Assembly (NCBI GenBank): GCA_045654205.1
Contig: JAZOMZ010000011.1
Location: forward strand, 764 to 64,763
Direction of reading: 5' to 3'
From: Candidatus Enterocola sp.
Lineage (GTDB): Bacteria; Bacteroidota; Bacteroidia; Bacteroidales; Paludibacteraceae
Length of the DNA stretch: 64,000 nt
A program made the position numbers and the translations under genes. The number at the start of each line of letters is the position of its first letter. The first letter of the stretch is position 1. This document shows positions 9,455-19,537 of this stretch, one piece after another. Under the pieces are notes generated by a model. The model did not search any database. It saw nothing but the letters and a program-made list of their open reading frames with translations, and had not been told where the DNA came from.

Positions 9455-10723
9455 TTAAAAACTTACTTGATTAATTCTACCTTCAAATACATTCTCGAAG
9501 AGTGATATTTCGCGTTTTGAAATACCTATCTTATTAGCAATTATTCGCCAATCCTTTATTGCGTCTACAACTTCGTTAATTATATTTTTTGCTACTTGGG
9601 CTGTAAGCATATATTCGTCACAAGAGTTTACAAGCACAGAAAGGTCTGACACATTTGTTTTACTATTTATCAGCAGACTTTGATGTGAATTTAATGTTGG
9701 ATTCATATCGTATGCAGGTGAAAGAGTCCAACCTTTTGCTGTCAATAAAAATCCATGATTTCTAAAGTGGTCGTCTGTATTGCCAATGCAAATATTAAAT
9801 GCAACTCTGCGAAAAAGTTCACATAAATGTGCATCAACATCTGTACAACTACTTAAAATAAAATCTACAATATCTAAATATCCATGTCCTGTAGTGGCAT
9901 TGTCTCCATCGTTTAAACCCAACAATGTCATAGCAGATGCAAAGTGAATTCGTTTGCCTTCTGCTGTTCTATCAAAACGCTTAGAAAGAAGTGTATGATG
10001 TTTTTCATTTACTGCAAGAACTTTGGTGTCTGCAGTATTTATACCAGCATTTTTAGCCAATAGATGACAAAAATGTTCCCAAAGGCCAGCATCATAGTCG
10101 TCTTTCAGTGAAGGAAATTTTGCTACGTAAACATTCTTGTCTGTGTCAACAACATTTGCTTTAGGTCTAGCTCCACCAAGGGAAGAACCAGGTTGAACCA
10201 ATTGTGTAATCCATTTCTTTTCAGGGAGATTATTGGCATTCTCACTTTTTTCAATTTCTCTACTAGCTGCAATAAGTTCTCGTAAATCTGTTAAAGGTGG
10301 TATTCGTAAACTATTAGTTGTATTTATAAATTCTCCATCTAGCGTTTCTTTAAAACGAAAAGCTCCCATGCGGGAAAAATCATCTATACCTACCAAAAAA
10401 TCAAATGAAGACAATCTTTTAATTGGTCTGTTATCTTCTTGGGCTAATATTTGTTCGCGTCTAAGAAGCAAAGTTCTACCCCATCTATCAGGCAGTGCAT
10501 CTGCAAAACAACCGAAAATATCTTTGTTTGGTTGTGTATATTGTATGCCAGGATAGTTATTCAAGTCGTTGCTAAGTTGTATTGAATTATATTTTTTTAT
10601 CCAACTATCTGCAAATTTAAAGCTATAACTATCTGAGCCACGAAGTGATTCGTAGCCTAACTCTCCAATTAGTTCAATATCATTGAACCAATCAAAATCT
10701 GCATATACATACAACTTTTTCAT
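9455..10723 (-). CDS. hipA: HipA-family Ser/Thr kinase toxin (type II TA)
   Basis: SSLGGARPKA and TDDHFRNHGF motifs, typical size (422 aa), and an upstream HTH partner. Confidence 0.85.
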   Translation of the reverse strand: MKKLYVYADFDWFNDIELIGELGYESLRGSDSYSFKFADSWIKKYNSIQLSNDLNNYPGIQYTQPNKDIFGCFADALPDRWGRTLLLRREQILAQEDNRPIKRLSSFDFLVGIDDFSRMGAFRFKETLDGEFINTTNSLRIPPLTDLRELIAASREIEKSENANNLPEKKWITQLVQPGSSLGGARPKANVVDTDKNVYVAKFPSLKDDYDAGLWEHFCHLLAKNAGINTADTKVLAVNEKHHTLLSKRFDRTAEGKRIHFASAMTLLGLNDGDNATTGHGYLDIVDFILSSCTDVDAHLCELFRRVAFNICIGNTDDHFRNHGFLLTAKGWTLSPAYDMNPTLNSHQSLLINSKTNVSDLSVLVNSCDEYMLTAQVAKNIINEVVDAIKDWRIIANKIGISKREISLFENVFEGRINQVSF

Positions 10724-10729
10724 AACTTA

Positions 10730-11050
10730 TTATTCTTTTTTTGAAGCCCTTTCTCGTTGGGGTAAATTCATATCTTGTAAGGCGCGGCCGAGGGTGTCAT
10801 CTTTGGCAAGAAAGAGGATGTCGTCGTCGAGTTGAAGGGCATAAAGTACTCTTAGATAGATGCCTATGGCAACGGTTGGCGCACCTTTTTCTATGCGTGA
10901 CACGGTGAGTGGAGAACAGGTTGCTCTGTCTGCTACTTGTGCCACACTAAGGTCACGACGTAGTCTTGCAAGCCTAATTTGCTCACCTACCAACTTCATT
11001 TTTTGCTCTAATTTTCTGGGCAATTTAGTCCCCATTGTACTTTTACTCAT
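10730..11050 (-). CDS. hipB: XRE-family HTH antitoxin-like protein (HipB-like)
   Basis: The segment LRRDLSVAQVADRATCSPLTVSRIEKG is an HTH_XRE motif. The gene ends 6 nt before the hipA start. Confidence 0.8.
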   Translation of the reverse strand: MSKSTMGTKLPRKLEQKMKLVGEQIRLARLRRDLSVAQVADRATCSPLTVSRIEKGAPTVAIGIYLRVLYALQLDDDILFLAKDDTLGRALQDMNLPQRERASKKE

Positions 11051-11059
11051 AGTCGTAAC

Positions 11060-11107
11060 ATATCATATAATATGCAAATATAGCACTTTTTCTTTATTAT
11101 ATGATAT
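11060..11107 (-). promoter_or_regulatory. Candidate hipB promoter with inverted-repeat operator
   Basis: 12-bp arms atatcatataat (11060-11071) and attatatgatat (11096-11107) bracket a minus-strand TAtaTTTG -7 box (11075-11082). Confidence 0.5.
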
Positions 11108-11128
11108 ATTGAGAGGAATTTTTATAAA

Positions 11129-11791
11129 TTACCACTCAATTGGGGTTTTGCCTTTGGAGGTAAGGTAGGTGTTGGTTTGGGAGAAGTGTTTGCAACCGAA
11201 GAAGCCACGATATGATGATAGTGGTGAAGGGTGTGGCGCTGTGAGGATGCAGTGTTTTGAGGCGTTGATAAGTGATTTTTTCTTGATGGCGTATGAGCCC
11301 CAAAGTATGAAAACCACGTTTTCGGCCTTTTCTGAAATGGTCTTAATCACTGCATCTGTAAACTCTTCCCAGCCTTTGCCTTGGTGCGAACCTGCTTGTG
11401 AAGCACGCACAGTAAGTGTGGCGTTTAGGAGCAACACCCCCTGCTCTGCCCAGCGAGTAAGGTTGCCAGTTTTTGGCGCAGGAATGCCTAAGTCTGAAGT
11501 GATTTCTTTGAAAATGTTTTGAAGTGACGGTGGAAATTGAATGCCGTCGTTTACAGAAAAACACAAACCATGTGCTTGACCTGGTCCGTGATAAGGGTCT
11601 TGTCCCAAAATAACTACTTTTACGTTGTTAAACGGGCAAGTATTGAATGCATTGAAAATTTGACCAGCAGGCGGAAAAATTGTGCTTGAGGCATACTCCT
11701 GCTTCACAAACCTTACTAGATTTTCAAAATAAGGTTTGTCAAACTCGGTTTGTAATACCTCTTGCCACGATTTTTCTATTTTTACTTGCAT
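11129..11791 (-). CDS. ung: Uracil-DNA glycosylase
   Basis: [14 protein letters not shown] and HPSPLS motifs. Confidence 0.95.
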   Translation of the reverse strand: MQVKIEKSWQEVLQTEFDKPYFENLVRFVKQEYASSTIFPPAGQIFNAFNTCPFNNVKVVILGQDPYHGPGQAHGLCFSVNDGIQFPPSLQNIFKEITSDLGIPAPKTGNLTRWAEQGVLLLNATLTVRASQAGSHQGKGWEEFTDAVIKTISEKAENVVFILWGSYAIKKKSLINASKHCILTAPHPSPLSSYRGFFGCKHFSQTNTYLTSKGKTPIEW

Positions 11792-12630
11792 TTTAATGTT
11801 TGATAAGTCATTAATTGATAAGCCAAACGTGCTGCCAAATAATCAGACGCTTTGTCCACAGGATTTGGGCAAAGTTCCACAATGTCTAGACCTACTACAT
11901 TGCGCTCTGCAAACACTTTGCGCAAGAAGTGAAGCACTTGATAATATGTTAGACCGCCTGGCTCTGGAGTGCCAGTTGAAGGCAAAACAGATGGGTCGAA
12001 CACGTCTAGGTCTATGGTTACATACACATTTTCTGTAAGTGTGTCAACTGCTTTTTGTTGCCAATTGTTGTTGTCGAAAATCTCGTGTGCGTAGAACATG
12101 CGTTCTTTTTTAAAGAAAGGTAGTTCTTCTACACATTGGCTACGAATGCCCACTTGAGTGATTTCTGCCACTTCTGCAGCGCGGTTCATTACGCAAGCGT
12201 GGTTGAGTGGAGAACCCTCATACTCAGGACGTAAGTCTGAGTGAGCATCTAGTTGAAGCACAGTAAGATTGCCGTATTTTTTTGCCATTGCACGAATTGC
12301 ACCTATGCTCACTGTGTGGTTGCCACCAATGGTAACAGGGAATTTTTCGTCGGCAAGTAGTTGTGCTACAGAATTTTCTACAGCCTCGCAAAGAAGCTCT
12401 GGTGTGCGGTCTTCTGTAACAGGCTCAAGTGTTGCAATGCCGTGTTTGTAGGCTTCTGTTTTGGTTTCTACGTCGTAGTTTTCTAGTGTAAATGATGCGT
12501 CTAGAAAGGCTTCTGGGCCTTTGTCTGCACCTTTTACCCATGTGCTAGTGGCATCGTATGGCACTGGCAGAATTGCAAACATTGCGTTTGCGTATTCTCT
12601 ATATTTTTCTTCAAAATCTCCAAAAAGCAT
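11782..12630 (-). CDS. speB: Agmatinase (ureohydrolase family)
   Basis: Mn-site motifs GGNHTVS, DAHSDL and DLDVFDPS. Overlaps the ung start by 10 nt. Confidence 0.9.
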   Translation of the reverse strand: MLFGDFEEKYREYANAMFAILPVPYDATSTWVKGADKGPEAFLDASFTLENYDVETKTEAYKHGIATLEPVTEDRTPELLCEAVENSVAQLLADEKFPVTIGGNHTVSIGAIRAMAKKYGNLTVLQLDAHSDLRPEYEGSPLNHACVMNRAAEVAEITQVGIRSQCVEELPFFKKERMFYAHEIFDNNNWQQKAVDTLTENVYVTIDLDVFDPSVLPSTGTPEPGGLTYYQVLHFLRKVFAERNVVGLDIVELCPNPVDKASDYLAARLAYQLMTYQTLKCK

Positions 12631-12649
12631 TGTTGTTTTGTTTTATTGT

Positions 12650-12721
12650 TGTTTTAACTCGCTATCGCTCGGTTTGCACAAAAATTATTCCCTCCGGTCA
12701 TCAGTACGTCCTTACTCCTAA
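12650..12721. repeat. Member of the modular intergenic repeat family (modules ACTCGCTA-CGCTCG, GGTTTGCACAAAAATT, ATTCCCTCCGGTCATCAGTACG and a CTCCTAA tail)
   Basis: The modules match 54913-54957, 53369-53385 and 54997-55012. The heptamer tail abuts the decarboxylase stop codon. Confidence 0.75.
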
Positions 12722-14116
12722 CTAGTATCCCAAGACTTTCAACATCGACTTATACGACTGTTCTTTGGCAAAGAGTTTGGTGTAGTACTCGCCATTTTCG
12801 TCTAGGCCTATAACAACGTGTTTAGGCGAAGGGATAAGGCAGTGTTGAATACCACCAAAACCACTTAAAGACTCTTGATAAGCACCAGTGTGGAACAAAC
12901 CAATATATTGTGGTTGTTCTGAGTTTGGATTTATCTTAGGCAAGAAAATAGCATTGTTGTGTCCTGCGCTATAGAAGTCTTCACTATCGCAAGTTAAGCC
13001 ACCAAGGTGAACACGTTGATATTCTTTGTCCCAATTGTTGATAGCCAATAGAATATAACGTTGGTTAATAGCCCAAGTGTCTGGAAGAGTGGTAATGAAA
13101 GAACTGTCAATCATATTCCAAAGCTCACGATCGTTTTGTTGTTTTTGATTCACAATGCTATAAAGAATAGCACCGCTCTCGCCCACTGTAAACGAACCAA
13201 ACTCTGTGAAAATATTAGGTTCTGGCACACCATTTTGTTGGCAAATGTTTTTAATTTGAGCCACAATTTCCTCTGCCATATACTCATAGTCATAATCGTG
13301 ATCTAAATGAGTAGCGATTGGGAAACCACCACCAATATCCAAACTATCTAGTTCTGGACAAATTTTCTTAAGTTCGCAGTAAAGTTCTACTGCTTTGCTA
13401 AGTTCACTCCAATAATAAGCTGTATCTTTAATACCTGTATTAATAAAGAAGTGAAGCATTTTAAGCTCTATTTTTGGATTGTCTTTAATCTTTTCGTAAT
13501 AGTATGGAAGAATATCATTATGTCTGATACCTAAACGTGAAGTATAGAAATCAAACTTAGGTTCTTCTTCAGATGCAATACGAATACCTACTTTAAATTT
13601 GTTTTCTGCGCCATTAAGTAACAAATCTAGTTCAAATTTATTATCAAGAATTGCAACTAGATTTTCAAATCCATCATTGATTAAACTTTGAATATTTTCA
13701 ACATATTGTGGACGTTTAAATCCATTACATATAATATAGGTATCCTTTTTAAGTAAACCAGATTCGTATAAATTCTCAATTAAATTAATATCAAATGCTG
13801 ATGAAGTTTCTACATTTACTCCATTTTTCAACACTTCTTCCATCACAAATGAGAAATGTGAACTCTTGGTACAATAACAATAATGGTAATCTGCATTATA
13901 ATCCACCTTTGCCATAGCCACATTAAACATACGGCGAGCTTTTTGTATTTGTTGTGTGATACGTGGAAGGTAGGTAATTTTTAGTGGAGTACCGTATTGT
14001 TCAATTATATCCATCAAAGGTATTTCATTGAAATACAGTTCGTTGTCTTCTACTCTAAATTCTGAAGTAGGAAAATCTGCAGTTTGCTCAATTAGATCAA
14101 TGTACTTGTTTTTCAT
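12722..14116 (-). CDS. Type III PLP-dependent (Orn/DAP/Arg) decarboxylase, probably arginine decarboxylase
   Basis: DIGGGFP and GGLTCDSEDFY motifs. The arginine assignment is inferred only from adjacency to agmatinase. Confidence 0.75.
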   Translation of the reverse strand: MKNKYIDLIEQTADFPTSEFRVEDNELYFNEIPLMDIIEQYGTPLKITYLPRITQQIQKARRMFNVAMAKVDYNADYHYCYCTKSSHFSFVMEEVLKNGVNVETSSAFDINLIENLYESGLLKKDTYIICNGFKRPQYVENIQSLINDGFENLVAILDNKFELDLLLNGAENKFKVGIRIASEEEPKFDFYTSRLGIRHNDILPYYYEKIKDNPKIELKMLHFFINTGIKDTAYYWSELSKAVELYCELKKICPELDSLDIGGGFPIATHLDHDYDYEYMAEEIVAQIKNICQQNGVPEPNIFTEFGSFTVGESGAILYSIVNQKQQNDRELWNMIDSSFITTLPDTWAINQRYILLAINNWDKEYQRVHLGGLTCDSEDFYSAGHNNAIFLPKINPNSEQPQYIGLFHTGAYQESLSGFGGIQHCLIPSPKHVVIGLDENGEYYTKLFAKEQSYKSMLKVLGY

Positions 14117-14328
14117 ATTTCAATAGAATTTAATTAAGTTACTTTGCTGAATTTTTATCAAAGTAAATCACTTGGATTTTCAAAATATAATGCAAAATTA
14201 CAAATTAAATCCCAAAATAATGCAAAAACAAGCGTAAAAATACTCTTACACAACAAAATAACCGACTAATGTTAAAAATTTAGGCGATTTATATATAAAA
14301 AATTTGGATAATGTAAATGATTTAGATT

Positions 14329-15879
14329 TTATACACCCAAACTTTGAGCAAGCATTTCAGCACAGCGTTCTCCATCGATGGCAGCAGATACTATACCACC
14401 GGCATAGCCAGCACCTTCACCACATGGGTAAAGACCTTGCACAGAAATGTGTTCTAGAGTTTCTGGATTACGAATAATTCTAATAGGTGCAGATGTGCGA
14501 GTTTCCACTCCTATTAGGGTAGCTTCGTTGGTTAAGAAGCCTTTGGCAGATTTACCAAATTGAATAAAACCTTGACGAAGTCTTTTAGACACTTCTGTTG
14601 GGAGTAAGAAATGCAGAGGAGACGAAATTATACCTGGCACATATGATGTTTCTGGTAAATCAAATGACATTCTTTTATTTACAAAGTCTTGCATACGTTG
14701 AGCTGGAGCCACTTGAGTAGCACCACCATTGATATATGCAGTTTGTTCCATCTCTTCTTGGAAACGCATCACATTGAAAACGTCACTACCAGGAATGTCT
14801 TCTGGACGAATTTCCACCACCATACCAGAGTTTGACCATTTAGAACCACGATTTGATGGCGACATACCATTTACCACCACTTGGTTTGGACCTGTTGCCG
14901 CAGGCACCACAAAACCACCAGGGCACATACAAAATGAATACACACCCCTGCCATCTGCCTGAGTAACAAAACTATACTCTGCAGGAGGAAGATATTCGCC
15001 GCGTCCTTTTGGTGAGTGATATTGTATGCAATCTATAAGGTGTTGTGGATGCTCCAAACGCACGCCCACTGCAATACCTTTTGCTTCTAGTTCTATTTTA
15101 TTTTCTGCAAGCATACGATATGTATCACGTGCAGAGTGACCAGTTGCCAAAATTACTGGCCCCATAAATTGTTCACCTGTAGATGTTTCTACGCCAGTAA
15201 CTTTACCATCTGTGATAAGAAGCTTATCTACACGAGTTAAGAAATGCACCTCGCCTCCACAGCTTTTAATGCGTTCACGCATTGCTTCTATTACCTTAGG
15301 AAGCTTGTCGGTGCCAATGTGTGGGTGAACATCCACAAGAATATTTGGATTTGCTCCGTGTATGCAGAAAATTTGAAGAATACGATTTACATCGCCTTTC
15401 TTTTTGCTTCTGGTGTAAAGTTTACCATCGGAATACGCTCCTGCTCCACCCTCACCAAAACTATAGTTCGACTCTGGATCCACTTTGTGCTGACGAGAAA
15501 TTTGAGCAATATCAACACGACGAGCATGTACATCTTTGCCACGCTCCAATACGATTGGTTTCACGCCAAGTTCTATAAGACGAAGCGCTGCAAATAGCCC
15601 CGCAGGTCCTGCTCCCACCACCACGGCTTGTTTGCATTTAGACACATCGTGATAGTTATTATTAATTAATGTGGGAGGTGTAGGATTTTCACCCACAAAC
15701 ACACGCACCTTAAGTTGCATAAACACAGTGCGACTTCTTGCATCTATTGAGCGACGCAAAATTTGTACTGCATTTATTTTGTTTGCAGAAATACCCTTCT
15801 CCTTAGAGATAAAATCTTTTAAGTAGCTTTCTTTTGAAGCCACCTTTGGTAAAACTCGTATGTCGTATTCGGTAATCAT
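14329..15879 (-). CDS. FAD-dependent oxidoreductase (COG2509-like)
   Basis: VVVGAGPAGLFAAL dinucleotide-binding motif; ~516 aa. Confidence 0.75.
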   Translation of the reverse strand: MITEYDIRVLPKVASKESYLKDFISKEKGISANKINAVQILRRSIDARSRTVFMQLKVRVFVGENPTPPTLINNNYHDVSKCKQAVVVGAGPAGLFAALRLIELGVKPIVLERGKDVHARRVDIAQISRQHKVDPESNYSFGEGGAGAYSDGKLYTRSKKKGDVNRILQIFCIHGANPNILVDVHPHIGTDKLPKVIEAMRERIKSCGGEVHFLTRVDKLLITDGKVTGVETSTGEQFMGPVILATGHSARDTYRMLAENKIELEAKGIAVGVRLEHPQHLIDCIQYHSPKGRGEYLPPAEYSFVTQADGRGVYSFCMCPGGFVVPAATGPNQVVVNGMSPSNRGSKWSNSGMVVEIRPEDIPGSDVFNVMRFQEEMEQTAYINGGATQVAPAQRMQDFVNKRMSFDLPETSYVPGIISSPLHFLLPTEVSKRLRQGFIQFGKSAKGFLTNEATLIGVETRTSAPIRIIRNPETLEHISVQGLYPCGEGAGYAGGIVSAAIDGERCAEMLAQSLGV

Positions 15880-15891
15880 AATTCCTAATTA

Positions 15892-15918
15892 AAAAAGGGA
15901 CACACAGTGTCCCTTTTT
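15892..15918 (-). terminator. Terminator after rpsP
   Basis: aaaaagggacac-acag-tgtcccttttt hairpin with T-runs on both sides. Confidence 0.7.
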
Positions 15919-15937
15919 ATAAGTTAAAAGCCGATAA

Positions 15938-16465
15938 TTACTCAGCTGCTGGAGCTTCAGCTTCTTCTGCTGGCGCTTCTTCTGCAGGAGTTTCTGCTTC
16001 TAATTTAGCAGCAAGTTTAGCTGCTACTGCTGCTGCTTTAGCTTTGTTTACAGCTTTTTCAGCTTCTAAACGTTCTTTAGCTGCAGCTACTTTTTCAGAA
16101 GCTAGTTTGCTAACTGTTTTTTCAGTAGCTTTTGCTTTTTCAGCTTTCCATGCTTCTAATTTCTTTTCAGCTTCTTCTTGAGTAAATGCACCTTTTTTAA
16201 CACCAGTCATTAAGTGTTTCATTAAGTAAACACCTTCACCAGAAAGGATGTTGCGAACGGTGTCAGTAGGTTGTGCACCATTGTTAACCCATTTAAGTGC
16301 TGCTTCGAAGTTAACATTTACTGTCGCAGGGTTTGTGTTTGGGTTGTAAGAACCGATGCGTTCAATAAATCTGCCATCACGTGGCGCTCTCACGTCAGCT
16401 ACTACGATGTGGTAGTAAGCGTAAGCCTTACGGCCGTGTCTTTGCAATCTAATTTTAGTTGCCAT
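15938..16465 (-). CDS. rpsP: 30S ribosomal protein S16 with Ala/Glu/Lys-rich C-terminal extension
   Basis: [13 protein letters not shown]... S16 core. Confidence 0.95.
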   Translation of the reverse strand: MATKIRLQRHGRKAYAYYHIVVADVRAPRDGRFIERIGSYNPNTNPATVNVNFEAALKWVNNGAQPTDTVRNILSGEGVYLMKHLMTGVKKGAFTQEEAEKKLEAWKAEKAKATEKTVSKLASEKVAAAKERLEAEKAVNKAKAAAVAAKLAAKLEAETPAEEAPAEEAEAPAAE

Positions 16466-16586
16466 AGTCTTTAATAATTAATTAAATTAGTGAAACTTCA
16501 TTTGCATTTCTCGAATGCGACCGCAAAGATAATACAATTTTTCTGTTATAACAAATTGTTTTGTATTGATTTATACATAAATCACA

Positions 16587-18128
16587 CTACTGGTGCTCTT
16601 TTCGTAATAAATCCGCCAAAGTTTTCACAGGAGTGAAAGTTTCAATTGGCACTTCTACGAAGATGGTGTTCCAGTCTGCCATAGAGCCATTCCAAAGACC
16701 AGGAAGCTCTTGGATGGTCATTTCAATGCCATTTTGTTTCTTTTGAGAAATGAAACGTGTTTTAGGGTCAACGTAGTTTTTAAGATTGAATTTATTACCT
16801 TTATAATTACGTACACCGCAAATAAGGTCCACAGGGTTGAAGTGTGAAGACTTTTGCACCATTTCCACTTGGAATGGGTTTGTAAAGTCTATTTGAGAAG
16901 CCTCTATAATTTGTAGGTGCTTGTGCCCGTTTTCTTTGCGCACCCAATAAGGACCACCACCAGGTTCACCCTCGTTGCGCACCATACCGCACACACGCAC
17001 TGGTCTATTTAGTTTTCTAATAAGGTATGTGATACGTTCACGTTTACTACGTCCGAAGTATGTCATACTAAAGTGTACATTAAGCACTTTTGCAGCAAAA
17101 CCTTCTATTTGTGATAATGAGTAGTCGTCTAGTGAAAGAGATTCTAACTTAAGCATACATCTCTTAATATTGTCTTGCACATAAATAAGATAACCTGCTA
17201 AAGCCTTTTTATAAAGATATGTTTTATCACGAAGAGCGTCTGTGGTAACGTTGTCTATATTCTTAATGAAAATAAGGTCTGCTTCAAGAGCATTTAAGTT
17301 TTCGATAAGTGCTCCGTGTCCGCCTGGACGGAAAAGTATGGTTCCATCAGCATTTCTCACTAGTTCTCCGTTTTTGTCAAGGGCAACCATATCTGTTTTG
17401 CCCATTTGCTCAGAAAAATTAATTTCATAACGCACGCCAAAACGTTCTTCTAGCGCAGGCACTACTTCTTTAATCTTTTCTTCAAAAAGCGAACGGTGTT
17501 CTGGAGAAATTGTAAAATGCAAACGCACGGTTCCATCGCACATTTTTGCATAATGTACACCTTCTACTAAGTGTTCTTCAAATGCAGTTCGTGCTTCATA
17601 AATGCCAGATTTAGTGGCATATTTATGGAAAAGAAGCATTGCTTTTGGTTTGTATTGATAACCAAGCCCTTCTTTATCAAGTATATAATGAGCTATTGTA
17701 GAATATTTCTTTTCAGAAAGAAGAGTATTCAAATCTAATCCTGCTTTCTGTAAAACCTTTTCTAAATCTTTGGCTAATGCTAGTTTTTCAACCTTGTCTA
17801 GACAGTTAATTATACCCTTAAAAGCCGATTTGTCCTCGGTTTCATCGTATTTAAGCGCCACATCAATTAAGTCTTTAAACATACGAGAAGCAGCCCCAGA
17901 AGCAGGAACAAACTTAATCATACTAAGTTCGCCAGATTGTTTTTCGTAGATTTTAGCAAAATTCTCAATATCTGAATCGAAAAGACGCACAATACCCTCT
18001 CCCACATTTGCAGCTCCAGCTAAATTTATATAAGGAAAACCTTTTTTAAAGTATTCCATTTGAGTTTCAAACTGCAATTCTGAGATGCCTTTGTCTTCTA
18101 GTTGTTTTATATCTTGGGGTGTAAGCAT
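16587..18128 (-). CDS. DUF4301-type protein with UDP-sugar pyrophosphorylase-like motifs
   Basis: VPASGAASRMFK, RPGGHGAL and IFIKNIDNV resemble the UDPGP-family NGGLGTxMG, PxGHGD and NIDNL motifs as I recall them. It follows the glycogen genes. Confidence 0.65.
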   Translation of the reverse strand: MLTPQDIKQLEDKGISELQFETQMEYFKKGFPYINLAGAANVGEGIVRLFDSDIENFAKIYEKQSGELSMIKFVPASGAASRMFKDLIDVALKYDETEDKSAFKGIINCLDKVEKLALAKDLEKVLQKAGLDLNTLLSEKKYSTIAHYILDKEGLGYQYKPKAMLLFHKYATKSGIYEARTAFEEHLVEGVHYAKMCDGTVRLHFTISPEHRSLFEEKIKEVVPALEERFGVRYEINFSEQMGKTDMVALDKNGELVRNADGTILFRPGGHGALIENLNALEADLIFIKNIDNVTTDALRDKTYLYKKALAGYLIYVQDNIKRCMLKLESLSLDDYSLSQIEGFAAKVLNVHFSMTYFGRSKRERITYLIRKLNRPVRVCGMVRNEGEPGGGPYWVRKENGHKHLQIIEASQIDFTNPFQVEMVQKSSHFNPVDLICGVRNYKGNKFNLKNYVDPKTRFISQKKQNGIEMTIQELPGLWNGSMADWNTIFVEVPIETFTPVKTLADLLRKEHQ

Positions 18129-18194
18129 TATTGATTCTTTTTAATAATTTTTGCAAACGTTTTTCAATTGCACTATAAAGGTACTACAAAAAGC

Positions 18195-19481
18195 CTAAAC
18201 TTTTTCCTCTTTTTTCTTCTTTTTTAGCGATTTTATCTCTTTTTCAAGTTTTTCAATCAGTTTTTCTTGAGAATTTATAGTTTTAAGAAGTTCATTTAGT
18301 TCTTCATTCTCAATTGAGGTTGGATATTCTGCCTCTACTCTTAGCAAGAAATCCGACAAGATATTCATATAGTTTATAAAGGCATCGTATGGTGACTCAA
18401 ATGTACTTCCCCACGCTCCTTTAAAGCTCATATAACGGAAATAATCGGCGCATTGAATATGTAACCAGTCGCGTTTTAAGTTCTTTTCTTTACAAAGATT
18501 TACACGTTCTGTGACACTATAAAGTTTGGCAACAGCCTCTTCTTGCAAGTGATTTCCAAGCATCACACTTAGGTCTTTTGCTTCACCTTGCCAAGAAAGT
18601 GGATATGGTGCAGTAAGTGCAGCCACAGGTTCTACTTTAGCCATATCTGATGGAGTTACAAAACCAACACCCCTATTCAAAGCTATTTGTGGCAGAGCTT
18701 TCAAGAATTCAAAGATACCTGTGTAGTCTTTTTGGATAGCTCCAAATGTGTCGTAACTCATCCAAAGGTTGTGAATATTCTCGCCCTCTGGGCTACCTGC
18801 AACCCAATCTATAAGCTTGTCTGCAGTAAGCGGATATTCATTCCATGTAGGGTCTGAAAAATAGAATGTAATTTGGTTGCTCCAAAGGAAATTACGAGCT
18901 AGAAGTTTAAGTTTTGGTAGATAAGCATGTGAATACACATAATTTGGACTACGCCATCCAAGAATATGTTTTGCACCTTCCATTAACATCACTTTATATC
19001 CCATAGATGACACTTTTTCACCGATTTCATCTGAATAAATAAAGTCTGTATTGCGGAAAGATGTAGGCTTTTTACCAAATAATTCTTTGATTTTAGCAGA
19101 ATGTTTAAGTACTTGACGTTCAAACTCTTCTTCATCGTAAAGCGACACCATTGAGTGGCCGTATGGTTCTGCAAGGAACTCAACTTGGCCTGTAGCAGCA
19201 AGTTCCTGGAATGAGTCGATCACCTCTGGTGCATATTGTTCTAGTTGTTCTATGGCGCTGCCAGAAAGAGAGAATGTGCACGAGAAAGATTTACCCATGT
19301 TTTTTATTAAATCCAATAAGATTCTGTTGGCAGGAAGAAATGATTTTTCTGCCAAATATCTTACTCTTTCTTCATTTGCAAAATCGTCGTAATAATAGTG
19401 GTCGTTTCCAATTTCAAAAAAACGATAGCGTTTTAATATGTACGGAATGTGAACCTCGAAATAAAGACAAATGTTTTTCAT
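18195..19481 (-). CDS. Glycoside hydrolase family 57 protein (alpha-glucan acting)
   Basis: N-terminus ICLYFEVHIPYILKRYRF...DHYYYDD is typical of Bacteroidota GH57. Lys-rich coiled-coil tail. Confidence 0.8.
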   Translation of the reverse strand: MKNICLYFEVHIPYILKRYRFFEIGNDHYYYDDFANEERVRYLAEKSFLPANRILLDLIKNMGKSFSCTFSLSGSAIEQLEQYAPEVIDSFQELAATGQVEFLAEPYGHSMVSLYDEEEFERQVLKHSAKIKELFGKKPTSFRNTDFIYSDEIGEKVSSMGYKVMLMEGAKHILGWRSPNYVYSHAYLPKLKLLARNFLWSNQITFYFSDPTWNEYPLTADKLIDWVAGSPEGENIHNLWMSYDTFGAIQKDYTGIFEFLKALPQIALNRGVGFVTPSDMAKVEPVAALTAPYPLSWQGEAKDLSVMLGNHLQEEAVAKLYSVTERVNLCKEKNLKRDWLHIQCADYFRYMSFKGAWGSTFESPYDAFINYMNILSDFLLRVEAEYPTSIENEELNELLKTINSQEKLIEKLEKEIKSLKKKKKEEKV

Positions 19482-19537
19482 ATTTGGTTTGTTTTAAATT
19501 TATTCGTTTTGTGTGATTTTCATTAACCCCAAATTGC

